Shown here: positions 34,401 to 39,306 of the stretch, one piece after another | How the letters are laid out: every line of letters begins with the position of its first letter | Position numbering within the stretch: the stretch's first letter is position 1 | From: Epithemia pelagica | Lineage: Eukaryota > Protista > Bacillariophyta | Direction: 5' to 3' | Length of the DNA: 64,000 nucleotides | Assembly: GCA_946965045.2 (NCBI GenBank) | Contig: OX337236.1 | Location: 2,790,001-2,854,000 of the forward strand | The notes under the pieces: model-generated | Seen by the model: only the letters and a program-made list of their open reading frames with translations | Database searches by the model: none | Told to the model about the DNA's origin: nothing | Program-made: the position numbers and the translations under genes

Positions 34401-35569
34401 ATGGCGGCGGCTCGTTTGGCATCCTTGGTACTGGTATAGTCCTTACCACCCTCCTCCATCCACCAATGCATGACCGGATCCAATCCACCCGTGGCCACAG
34501 CCGTGGTGGCCGTCCGGACCGATTGCAAATCATCGTCCAAGGCTTGGGCATTGACGGCCGTCTTGTTTTGGGACAACCAGGCCAAGGCATCCTTCATCAT
34601 GGCGGCCCGTTCTTGTGTGACACGTTGTTGTTCGCGGCTCAACACCGGAGTACTCTTGGTGCCACGACCAGCGGGGGCACGTCCCCCCATGGGGCGTCCC
34701 CCCGGCTTGCCACCCTGACCCTGAGGATGTTGATGACGCGCATGTTGTTGTTGTTCGAGATTGGCCATGATATCAAAGCCTTCAACCGTTTTGAACCGTG
34801 TCACATCGGGAATGGACACCATGGCGGACGAGTCATCATCGTCGGGCGTCATGCCATAATTGTTCGGGTTTGCACTGCCCGTACTGCCATTGCCATCGCC
34901 TTGCAACCAGGCCAAGGCGCGATCCATTTCGGCCGAATTCTGCGGCTGTCCGGCCGCGGCGGCTGCTGTTCCGGGAGGACCATTCGTTCCGGCCGTGCGA
35001 CGCGAATTGCCACTGACAGACACATGATCGGGTTTGTCCACGGTATTGGTATTCCACCACGACATGGCCTTTTCCATATCTTCGGCCATGCGTTGGGCTT
35101 GATCGGCATTTTTCGTGGCCGCCTTGACACTCTTCATATTGGCCACGGCCGTATTTTGCGTCAGGCCACTCATGACACTGCGCGTATCATCATTGGCGGC
35201 AGCGGAGCTGGATTTCCACGGCGACGTACTGCGCTTGTTTTTCTTGGCATCCCGCGACTTGTCCCGCTTACTGCGTTCCTTGTGTGGACTCGAGGAACGA
35301 CCCGATCGTTTCTTGTGCGTACTGCCCTTTTTCTTTTTCTTGGACGACTTACCATTATTGTCATCGTCGTCTTCATCGCCAAACACATCGAGAATGAATT
35401 CATTGGTATAGGCGGCAGCCCGTCCCAACATGGACGATCCCCCATCGATGGTGGGGGCATTCTTTTTGCCCTTTTTGCCCTTTTTCTTTTTGAGTTCATC
35501 ATTGGCAATCAACCCCGAGGTTTGGGCCGCTTCGGCCTCGTCTTGTCCCAATCCAAACCACGATGACAT
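16430..35569 (-). CDS. Giant 6379-aa predicted type II membrane protein: repeat-rich N-terminal rod, single TM, C-terminal LRR ectodomain
   Basis: Single uninterrupted ORF with no N-terminal signal peptide. One hydrophobic segment at about aa 6003-6021, then a cap (RIRQRFTMALMYCEFNGDNW...HECDWY) and plant-type LRRs. Confidence 0.92.
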   Translation of the reverse strand: MSSWFGLGQDEAEAAQTSGLIANDELKKKKGKKGKKNAPTIDGGSSMLGRAAAYTNEFILDVFGDEDDDDNNGKSSKKKKKGSTHKKRSGRSSSPHKERSKRDKSRDAKKNKRSTSPWKSSSAAANDDTRSVMSGLTQNTAVANMKSVKAATKNADQAQRMAEDMEKAMSWWNTNTVDKPDHVSVSGNSRRTAGTNGPPGTAAAAAGQPQNSAEMDRALAWLQGDGNGSTGSANPNNYGMTPDDDDSSAMVSIPDVTRFKTVEGFDIMANLEQQQHARHQHPQGQGGKPGGRPMGGRAPAGRGTKSTPVLSREQQRVTQERAAMMKDALAWLSQNKTAVNAQALDDDLQSVRTATTAVATGGLDPVMHWWMEEGGKDYTSTKDAKRAAAMQTSLNRYKSQTLSAEKKAKEMASSLKWWRKHSHQYADKLDDLQEKTVKMRKVNHLFDAWEIKDQPIKSLDPTVFVVAADKITKDMEKALTKFLKQSHQDLRLSGYYQPSAALEEPEDTKLDPLIKIQHALIQLRSSNLTPELVLEDVEEVIAWYKNKGLQAAANPMSLPKHNQFMFQKVQHMFGSWLGSAGGLPQTVPQVDAAAKDIRTAIAFWQRNHQTTQKMLEPFELQKLKKIKQLGLDLMQYMAPSQTKKTAEQLQQILGWWRSKGTKYSKLYSPPEDVTQFEKVKSVFTNWKFEEENETLLSVMHYARNVQQIDQWLEEPETAARNKKGPPMMDFADLTVPHKMKEFEDLEKHMNWYRKSGTNVKPKVIEQEQKLQQAHRLAQWWSAQKGPGGQHKTKVRPTPAPSELGWLRNTDPKPPAHFAEDMEELTQWYTARAGPDAPTNMTGLEEEQGGMVEDALDWLRGGKDDAAAGELAGPAGPSTYETLGAGFLSEEEKRAKEMEEALSWLRNNDLNYDDPSMDDGSVSKHSQIKSMFPDAGERSPYEIADAMENALEWLRSNDAAKDFTLDELSQHSKKSLESVKTVQFFSATGDQAQRQQKDMESALNWLRQNDAAAGPDAPTIESLKSLGSATAKLNIVPEAVVDKDLDDPMSWLRKDNDQNYESDDMADVGSIDRGSVKTEFMTDEERRAKEMADALNWLRNESNTGDLAVADDVSVGSFHTIGSVNRVAGIGEAPQMAEAVAWLRANPKAGTMDDPSVYSFATARTAKTARTKGPRGSTKKLSPEEERAQSMQDALDWLKSADPTQDGVGSITSQVSGSSMPSINKTIGDFDMTTDWLRKNQVHDPMEELDPTTMGAVQNLAGFGVEELSLTDKQKGETLDEALAWLRANDPTIEMADPGTLGRLANLAGVSIPISNMPRKEKKKALTNAVEWIRNNEIPDVEHVDPDALEALCNLAGVDMPPPKFLKKDKKKFMEEVAGWVRNNNVDAKAAEEMDPTALAALMNLAGLDMPALQLNEKEKNDILSSTLDWIRNNDVTLADVDDPTLLAFTTLAGIEMPRGELRPGEKEKTIDETLDWLRSNNEALSAADLEDPSVVNLANLTGVTVPGSTGLEAQKKAGAMEEALDWLRKNEPDAMDIDDPTLIALTTLPGMKIVEDISIPIKERKEYADEALNWLRNNDPINKDDMDITALNALRNLAGLPLMSQAASDQEKKARALEETLEWVRQHPDEELELIDPVTIEALHVITGLPLPTPKGGVSSMSIDEKGTLLEEAMAWIRSNDVNVGELSDVSALALTNLTGVSDVPMFSLSLAEKEQVLGDAVEWLRHNKPSADDVDLPTLYTLCDLTGTTIPGGDVDMEDKLKSMEDALDWLRHNEPDGELALADPDLYSALLKLPQSAQPQLLSVQEKKRIVDEVMGWLRHNDPKAKDVSDGDLRKLAEMSHVALSFADPMPLKKKTKALEKIVSWLRNEANRPNENDLDDPTALALANLMHMDVSGMLTPDQKKRMVEKALHWIRNHNPKPESVPDDTARALATLSGQQLVPGVAPHKRSQVLEEAIDWLRQHGVDPNNVDDPTAMALARITDAAALGDGGVPRDQKEQLAESALGWLRNNNPNARDVSDDDLQNLCQFANLPCPLGQLSLAEKKRVLDVVVNWLRHNTPDVSKLDDPTVLALAGIAGIPVSSYSPEQRQAIIDNVVSWIRGKNPKELSIGDLDEPKKRALVNLAALYPNKAIPKNQVNEKAEEAISWIRRNDPKPDDVDDVTLQELARLPNSALSRLLSPEQKKRIVENAVSWVRSNTPKLQDLDDPMLLALATLAGQTVSGSTIPPSKRKQVLQDSLDWLRQNDPDPRTVDDPTAHQLAHFPDASSMLGALPPVEKKRIIDSVVNWIRNNDPKVLNLDTPTVQALASLGGTMSKASPSPAEKEKALDEAVNWLRHNSPDPRTVDDPTARQLADKFPTSVLMTPETKKEILDSVMNWARHQNPKLGDLDEPLLHALATLTGTTLLPSPSKQQKKKAFRDILDWLRSRDPDPNTVDDPTAWQLSRLAPGNKMSGASLPPKEKKRIVDAVVDWVRSTNPTLKDLDDPQLYALANMAGIPLSGNASPEEKKKALEEVVGWFRSHKPDPYKIDDETLEQLASIPYEARHEPLSLDAKKKIVESVVNWVRHNDPYPEEMDDPMLYALSSLAGQSLSGPNLPPRQRKKALENAVDWLRRNHPDVTTVDEPTARELARFPTAGIVGRPLTTEEKQKIMDNAVEWVRSNDPSPDDLDEPSLHTLSKLVGHEMPVGRLSLPEKKALVDNLVDWIRKNDVKPQDLDEPTMEALSNLAGIPLSQRWNKPNSQIAEEAIKWLRNNNPDLDGVDDDVLEALANLSGIPLAPHLDPKANKNQVVADAMDWLRRNDPNLDDLDEPSAMNLSELPYTKLHRPLNPAEREELFQNAMDWLRNHDAPNVDLVSDDDVRTLAKLPGVPLPDAKIPPAQKKKALDDAISWLRLNNPTAPDVADDTIRAMANVSGIPVSAYSPHNKEATVDQAMEWLRKNDDVPLENLDEPALYELAKAAGVPFLSNKPLSRSEKQRLLEQVTNWLRSNDPNPRKVDNPTAIQLATLPNAPSLFSSPKEKQDAVDTCLDWIRRKDFKPKRVDEPSLEDLANLANIPYHPGMKPAEKKALQNDIVDWLRRNRPDAQKLDEPDILALAKLANSPVSLLIPPRAKKAVVDHAVDWVRNNYVQPEDLSEPQLHALANLAGIEPPNPSLSPAEKKKAAEEVVAWLRHNEPSPEQLDDPTLDAFSKVPNIPLEETKIPDERKKLVDQITTWLRQNQVNPDNVDEPTARALATVPQLELPKGNLPNKVKKEAVDNALDWFRNNGIPDDVDDPTLYALANVAGIPTSKGFVPPDDKEEAIDKSMSWIRHNQPKVDLDEPEVVALSSLTGIPIRSLTPPEKQKMLEDAVSWLRHNPVNERDVDEPTALALEKLTGIVIPMHSSPKKKQKAVDAAVEWLRGNEPDLSDLDEPTALCLGKLTSQPLANTVFKQKEKQIEQAVDWLRNNELQPGDVDEPELYVLTKLAGVPMPGIATRPVTKDQDTPLEWLRNKHGLPETEDPSPIETLRNLPGALQPAEKTKAVEELVDWLRNNEPSTDDMDEPTMIAFSRLANVDLPRKQIGKKEKKRVTEEAVSWLRSNEPTTDDLDEPTVMELAKLAGIPISDTMTPQDKKKVLDESVDWLRSNPPNPKDLDEPTLLALSKVSGVPFAGITPPEKKKKAMEQAMNWLRNQPLDKLEEDLGSRPSLENVPMEELPEAKQRQEDMDTVLNWLRKKGADTPKTEDGPEDVLQSIPEYPSEYMNKPSKKPEEKAPSWDWNRNRGPGDVDQPFPVDYEVLPNGEIMRPDGTKIKPEDYPGWDWIRHRPIPGSRFPVPIEYTIGPDGQLMKPDGTLINPDDYPAWDWDRNRSMPGMENPFPMEYTIAPNGDVLLPDGTKVKTEDHPGWDWARNRPVAGSQGPLPMEYTIAPNGDVVRDDGTKINPDDYPGWDWKRNRPTKGFGDPLPYDYTNGPDSEFLNSIPPKKKKKPNDTPMWDWNRNQPVPTSDKPFPVEYEMGPDGHYLQPDGTVLKPEDYPGWDWSRHRPIPGSRGPAPIEYTMGPDGEFITPSGKKINPEDFPEWDWNRNRPAPGLESPFPVEYSIGPDMELLKPDGTKINPHDYPGWDWSRNRPIPGGRGPYPVEYEVGPNGEVTRPDGTKIDTDDYPGWDWSRNRPLPGFDEPTPMEYESAPDHEELQNLPPDKQDRNIPQWDWNRNQPVTGLEKPFPVDYSIAPNGDIRRPDGTQINPEDFPGWDWNRNMPIPGSRGPAPIEYTVAPNGDVVTTSGQRIKPEDYPSWDWSRNQPVPGSESPFPVEYCIAPNGDILTPDGKKINPSDYPSWDWNRNRPAPGATGPFPVEYEVGPNGDVTRPDGRKINKPEYPGWDWSRNRPLPGYVGPSPQSVDYNNGPDNEFVNSIPPKKRDNPPSWDWSRNRPIPTSDKPYPVEYEMGPNGEFIQPSGKVLKPEDYPGWDWSRNRPIPGSHGPAPIEYTMGPDGQFETPRGKKINPEDYPEWDWNRNRAVPGTESPFPVEYSIGPDGEVMRPDGSKINPEDYPSWDWNRNRPVPGSDGPYPVEYENGPNDELTRPDGTTINPEDYPGWDWSRNRPLPEHNVPSPQNLKYLDGPENEYVDPQKPKKRDNPPSWDWSRNRPIPTSDKPYPVEYEMGPNGEFLQPDGKVLKPEDYPGWDWSRNRPIPGSHGPAPIEYTMGPDGQFETPTGKKINPEDYPEWDWNRNRAVPGTESPFPVEYSIGPDGEVMRPDGSKINPEDYPSWDWNRNRPVPGSDGPYPVEYENGPNDELTRPDGTTINPEDYPGWDWSRNRPLPDFEKPSPMEFENGPDGDFVNSIPPEKKRENPPSWDWSRNRPIPTSDKPYPVEYEMGPNGEFLQPDGKVLKPEDYPGWDWSRNRPIPGSHGPAPIEYTMGPDGQFETPTGKKINPEDYPEWDWNRNRAVPGTESPFPVEYSIGPDGEVMRPDGSKINPEDYPSWDWNRNRPVPGSDGPYPVEYENGPNNEITRPDGTTINPEDYPGWDWSRNRPLPDFEKPSPMEFENGPDGDFVNSIPPEKKRENPPAWDWSRNRPIPTSDKPYPVEYEMGPNGEFLQPDGKVLKPEDYPGWDWSRNRPIPGSHGPAPIEYTMGPDGQFETPSGKKINPEEYPEWDWNRNRAVPGTESPFPVEYSIGPDGDVLRPDGSKINPEDYPSWDWNRNRPVPGSEGPFPVEYEIGPNGDIERPDGREINPEDYPGWDWNRNRPSPGLDNPTPYDYDMAPSNDFVNSVPPTKEQQENPPMWDWNRNRPLPDSGKPFPVDYEVGPNGDITRPDGSTINPEDYPGWDWSRNRPIPGTRGPAPVEYAMAPDGTPFLPYTKEKINPEDYPSWDWNRNRAVPGTESPFPVEYSIGPDGDVLRPDGSKINPEDYPSWDWNRNRPVPGSEGPFPVEYEIGPNGDIERPDGRRINPEDYPAWDWNRNRPVPGFEKPTPVEYDNGPPPENIANSIPSPQEPENPPMWDWNRNRPVPGSGKPFPVQYDTAPNGDVTMPDGTVIKPEDYPGWDWNRNRPIPGSRGPAPIEYTLGPNGEVELPDGTQVNKEDYPEWDWNRNRAIPEVQSPFPVEYSIGPDGEVLTPSSSNIKPEDYPSWDWNRNRPVPGSQGPYPVEYDVGPNGEITTPDGKAINPEDYPAWDWNRNRPIPGLVEPSAYTFDSPEGLHNLPPSAGQPPGEGTPGWDWNRNRPLPASEVPGVQELPVEEPPPDQAGRYPGYARPETPDWDWNRNRPIPGMEEPGIRDFPVEEPPPDQAGRFPGYTRPETPGWDWNRNRPIPGMEEPGIRDFPVEEPPPDQAGRFPGYTRPEGPAATWERNQNVPPVQEPGVEEPPPGHQGAFPMHQRPEGPAAMWDRTNPNVPPVQEPGVEEPPPGHQGQFPMHGRPEGGPAATFERSTPYVPPVQEPGVEEPPPGHAGNFPDYARPTDEEAPAFTMERVVPQQDEEAAPWATAPDDETEMGKAPKPMAAPDDVESVASDYEPEKPKGTVVPVWSVLALGMMASVLGASSSTPAQPSAPPPSLTGGPAVLPNLPVVPTTPCPQDAGCGFIMGAVDPVLPPQTRALINVPGTCQNWAREWLRTGKDIMEFEVDRIRQRFTMALMYCEFNGDNWLEGELWVSDLHECDWYTMIGVDPCGRDEQYQILRNYGQQMRGTLPPEISMMSSLWEITFSDNLITGTIPSSLAKLSELDTLSLSFNLFKGPIPPFVWEFEDMEYLDLAYNFFTGEIPPTVDMTSPNLHTLMLENNDLGGKIPSGFGNMEWKRLHLDGNQFTGQIPQDLNAPRVQEVLLDRNRLTGPFPVSSFANEHAGRYSKLEKLSLHGNKLSTTPEEMEEICRLKSADTGVLQEVTVDVAQQCSCCTTVPLN
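16555..17380 (-). other. LRR ectodomain with diatom-type N-cap
   Basis: MRGTLPPEISMMSSLWEITFSDNLITGTIPSSLAKLSELDTLSLSFNLFKGPIP... fits the LxxLxLxxNxLxGxIP consensus. It is preceded by AREWL...RIRQRF.MA..Y....G.NW. Confidence 0.9.
17507..17563 (-). other. Predicted transmembrane helix VVPVWSVLALGMMASVLGA
   Basis: The only extended hydrophobic stretch seen in the 6379-aa protein. Confidence 0.65.
17775..18481 (-). repeat. Pro/Glu-rich coding repeats (three 129-bp WDW-derived units, then three VQEPGVEEPPPG units)
   Basis: RPETP.WDWNRNRPIPGMEEPGIRDFPVEEPPPDQAGR.PGY is repeated, followed by PPVQEPGVEEPPPGH x3. Confidence 0.9.
18482..24307 (-). repeat. 45 tandem 43-aa (129-bp) WDWxRxRP coding repeats in nine pentamers (about 645-bp higher-order period)
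   Basis: Consensus PxWDW(N/S)RNRPxPGxxxPxPVEYxxGPxGxxxxPDGxxINPEDY, counted from the translation. Shadow ORFs recur at 20319, 20964 and 21609 (645-bp spacing). Confidence 0.95.
24545..31766 (-). repeat. About 50 tandem, roughly 48-aa helical coding repeats (EEAVxW[LIV]RxNxPxxxDLDDPTLxALAxLAG)
   Basis: About 50 W[LIV]R motifs counted in aa 1270-3675. They are diverged at DNA level and conserved at protein level. Confidence 0.92.
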
Positions 35570-37034
35570 GATGAAACTGAGACTGTTGTGGTTGCTGTGG
35601 CAAAGACTGCAGAGACTGTTGATACACTACCCAGAGCTTGACTGGAGAAGAGATGACTGGGGCGAACTTGTGTGTTCCGGAGAAAGGAGGGAGGAACGTG
35701 TAATGATCGAGTTCTCCACAAAAAAAAGGCTCGAGAAACGTCAATCCGAGTTGTTGGGTAGAATGACAACCGACAGACACAGCCCTCGTTTCGTTTTCGT
35801 TTGGTACTGTGTAACTATCGAGAAACCTGGTGGTGGTGGTGGCTGTTACGCAGTAGTCGATCGAACCACACACAAGACGAAAAACGTCTCAAGAATCAAA
35901 AGAGTGTTGTTTCCTCCAAACGTTTGCAGGCTGGCGTTTGTAGGGAGAAAACGAGGCGATGTTTTCAATCAATAGGTCGCAACAGAAAGAGAGAGAGAGA
36001 TCAAATCCACACACCCCACAGAAAAAGACTCTCTTGTTTTTAATAAAAGAGAATCAAGAGAGAGAGAGATTTGTTGTTGCTTGCTTGCTTGCTGTTGCGT
36101 TTGCTTGCTTGGTTGGATATACGACGAGTGTGGTATCCAACAAACCCTTTTTGGATTGCAACTCTCCAAACACAAAGAGAGAGAGAAAGGAGAAAGATGT
36201 TCTCGTTTGGAATGTTTCCAAAGAAAGTGAAGTGGAGAACGAGATGAATCAAACCACCAAAAAGAGGATCAGGCACTTCACGTAATCTTCCTCTTGCTTG
36301 TGCTTTTCTCTCGTGAGGCACTGTGTGGCGTGCCCAACAAAAAAGAGTCATTCGATCAGTCGTACCTGGATGTCTCCCAAGCAGTATTCTTGGTATAGTA
36401 CAATACCACAGATTGTAAGTTCGATGCGCGACCCAGCATCCCAGCGAGGTTTTTCGCTCGTGCCAACCCGTCGGGTCGCGCACTAATGACTCGACCTCCA
36501 CCAATCACAACCCACCATAAACCTGTCCAGATTCTTGTTGGGTTCTGGTTGCACGCATATACTTCTTCAGAGTCCCCACGGTGCCCAAGAAGAAACACAA
36601 GACAACAAGACATTTTTCCAGACCCGGTTTCATTCGACTCCACACAAAACTACGAGCTCCATCAATCGATATGGGTAACCGTAGTGGCCCGTGCTTTTCA
36701 TACCCCCACTGTTTTTTCTACAGTGATTCTAACTTCGTAGGGACACCACTACGGTCATTTTGCACTGCGTAACACCACCATGACACACTCAAGCCGGTGT
36801 GCACCTCCAACGAAAGGTGCCAGCTCTCTTGCGACCATCAAGGATGCCTAAGAATCAAGTGTACCATGAGGGAATGGGCGGGCAGGGATGAGTTGGCTTT
36901 TTTTATGGACCGACGGCAAGGTTTTGAAGTCTTCCTTATTTGGCATCCGAAACAGAGGAAGTGACCTTGAGAAGAAGACGACGACAACCGATAGAATGCA
37001 TCCAGCAAGTCACCGATCATACGTCCGCATGCAG

Positions 37035-37974
37035 CAATCAACTCCTCGTCACTTAATAGACCGAGCACAACATTGGAAAGCCTCGACCGTTGGTGGCTCA
37101 AACGCAACAAAGCTGATTTGTCCAGACAAAACAAACGTGAACCGTGGGTGGAAGGACTGCTTCTACTGCGACAGACGATGGTGGTGCCGGTGGTGCGGCT
37201 GATTCCCACAGCACAATTTGAGTGGAAGAAGGAGGGGATGCCGTGAAGCTGATGGGCGGTGGTCGAAGAGCCTTGCGAGTCGACAACACTCGGCAACAAC
37301 AACAACAACCCAAAACCCAAACACAACAATCAACTTCTCACTCCTCGCTGCCACCGAACGAACAACAACAACACTCGGCAACAACACTCGACAACGACAC
37401 TCGGCGGCAAGACTCGGCGACAAGATGGTGTGGTCGTCCTCCTTCTTCTACCGTGCGACGAAACAATCAACTCCTCGTCTTTTCGTTGCCCTCACCCAAC
37501 AAATCGAAGCCTCGTCCACTGGTGGTAACAAGCGACGACAACGACAACCACAAGCGGCTCAACTACAAATGGCGAAACAATCGGCGACGATGTCACAGCT
37601 GATCGATCGAATGAACGAACGAAAGAACGAACGAATGAACGACAACAACAACACTCGGCGACAACAAAAATCCAAACACAACAATCAACTACTCACCGCC
37701 ACTGATCGAACGAACGAACGAATGAACAAACAACAACAAAAACAACACTCGGCAACAACAACAACAACAACAACAACCCCCACGCAACAATCAACTATTC
37801 GCTGTCACCGAACCCTCTGCCCGAGACTGTGCCCTTCAACAACAGCAAGCGGTGACAACGACAAGCGACGACAACGGCATGCGACAAGACAGCAAGCGGC
37901 AACAACGACAAGCGGCGACAACGACAAGCGACGACAGCGACATCCGACGACAATGACATACTCAACAATCAACT
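37035..37974. repeat. Degenerate multi-motif repeat tract
   Basis: CAATCAACT at 37035, 37327, 37464, 37682, 37788 and 37966, plus repeated ACACTCGGC and GACAAGCGACGAC motifs in CAA-rich sequence. Confidence 0.7.
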
Positions 37975-39306
37975 GCTCGTTTCGGCCAAACGGCAAAACA
38001 TTCGGCGACCACGGCACGGCAACAGCACCATACTCAACACCGAAACGATTGCCTATTGTACGACCTACGACACAGAGAAGCATGTACTAAGCTAGATAGA
38101 TGTTCTGTACTAGTAGCTGTTTATATGCATACTCGTAGAGGAGGCGGGTTGATCATTGTGCTAGCGCCGCCTCACCATGGTGATGGTGTGGGTGCAGTTG
38201 GTGAGAAGAATCTCGCAACAAAATGTGCAAGAGCATGAGGGCAATTCATTTTACTTTAGGAAAATGTATGGTGTAGTGAATCTCGTAGGGCCGGAAGTTC
38301 AACCGAGTATCGGAAACGCGAAGCACGGGCCACTACGGTTACCCATATCGATTGATGGAGCTCGTACCCCTATGCGCTTCTCTATACCTATACTATGATA
38401 CTCCTAGCTACTCCTCTACTATTCTCTGTGGTGTAGAGAAAGGTGTTGCCCGTCTCATTGTCGGGTGTTTTGTGTGTGTTGTCCGAACCCAAATCCATTC
38501 CTCCTCTCCACGAGCCTCTTCTCTTCCTCCTCCTCCTCCTACTACTACGTTCGAATAGAACCACAATGGTGGAATACTACTGGAGCGTTGCGAGACATTG
38601 GATGGAACACCACCGCCACAACCACCAAGAACCACAAACCACACTACAGGACAGTCCGTCCGTAGTTTCCAATCAATCACGCCATCCAGGACCGTTGGTT
38701 TGCCAAAGTCGTCTCTGTCATGGAGTAGAAGGAGGATGCTTGGATCCTGTACTTTTCTGGGACACTACCTACATACTAGAAGCGGTCTACCATTGTTCCA
38801 GCCCACTGGTTGGTGTTGATCGTTCGTGCGTGCGTGGCATTATGTTTTGGTGGATTCGTTTGTTGTGAGCTGGTTCTCTCTCTCTCTTGATTGGAATACT
38901 ACCTCCTCGCCCTTTTTTCTCTGGTCTAGATATAATATTATAATGTGTTGTTGTTGTTCTTGTCGTGTCTGGGGGTTGTGTGGGTATCCGATGCACCATT
39001 CTTCTTATTTTGTGGTTCGTCATCTTCTCGGCCGGCCGCTTGGGGGAAGCCAGGGGGAAAGACCCTTTCTCTCTGATAAAGCCAAACAGAATCTTGTGTA
39101 AGGTCCACGGTTGGGTCTCGTATTGTCCCTACCAAAACTCTCAATGACCATGACCCTGACACATTCGATCGCGGACCAATCGCACTTTCGAAGTTGGATT
39201 TGGATGGGAGAGGGTCACTTTTTTTGTGTGACCTATTATTATTCGTTCGACAACAACCAACAACAACGACGGGCATGACACACTCCGACCAACCACAAGG
39301 ATCACC

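Noticed and set aside
31544-35566. 1340-aa plus-strand ORF
   Set aside because: It is exactly antisense to the giant gene, has no recognisable domain, and is explained by sense-strand codon bias.
36838-37329. 163-aa minus-strand ORF with a signal-peptide-like start
   Set aside because: The hydrophobic start comes from the GTT-rich repeat tract, and there is no recognisable domain.
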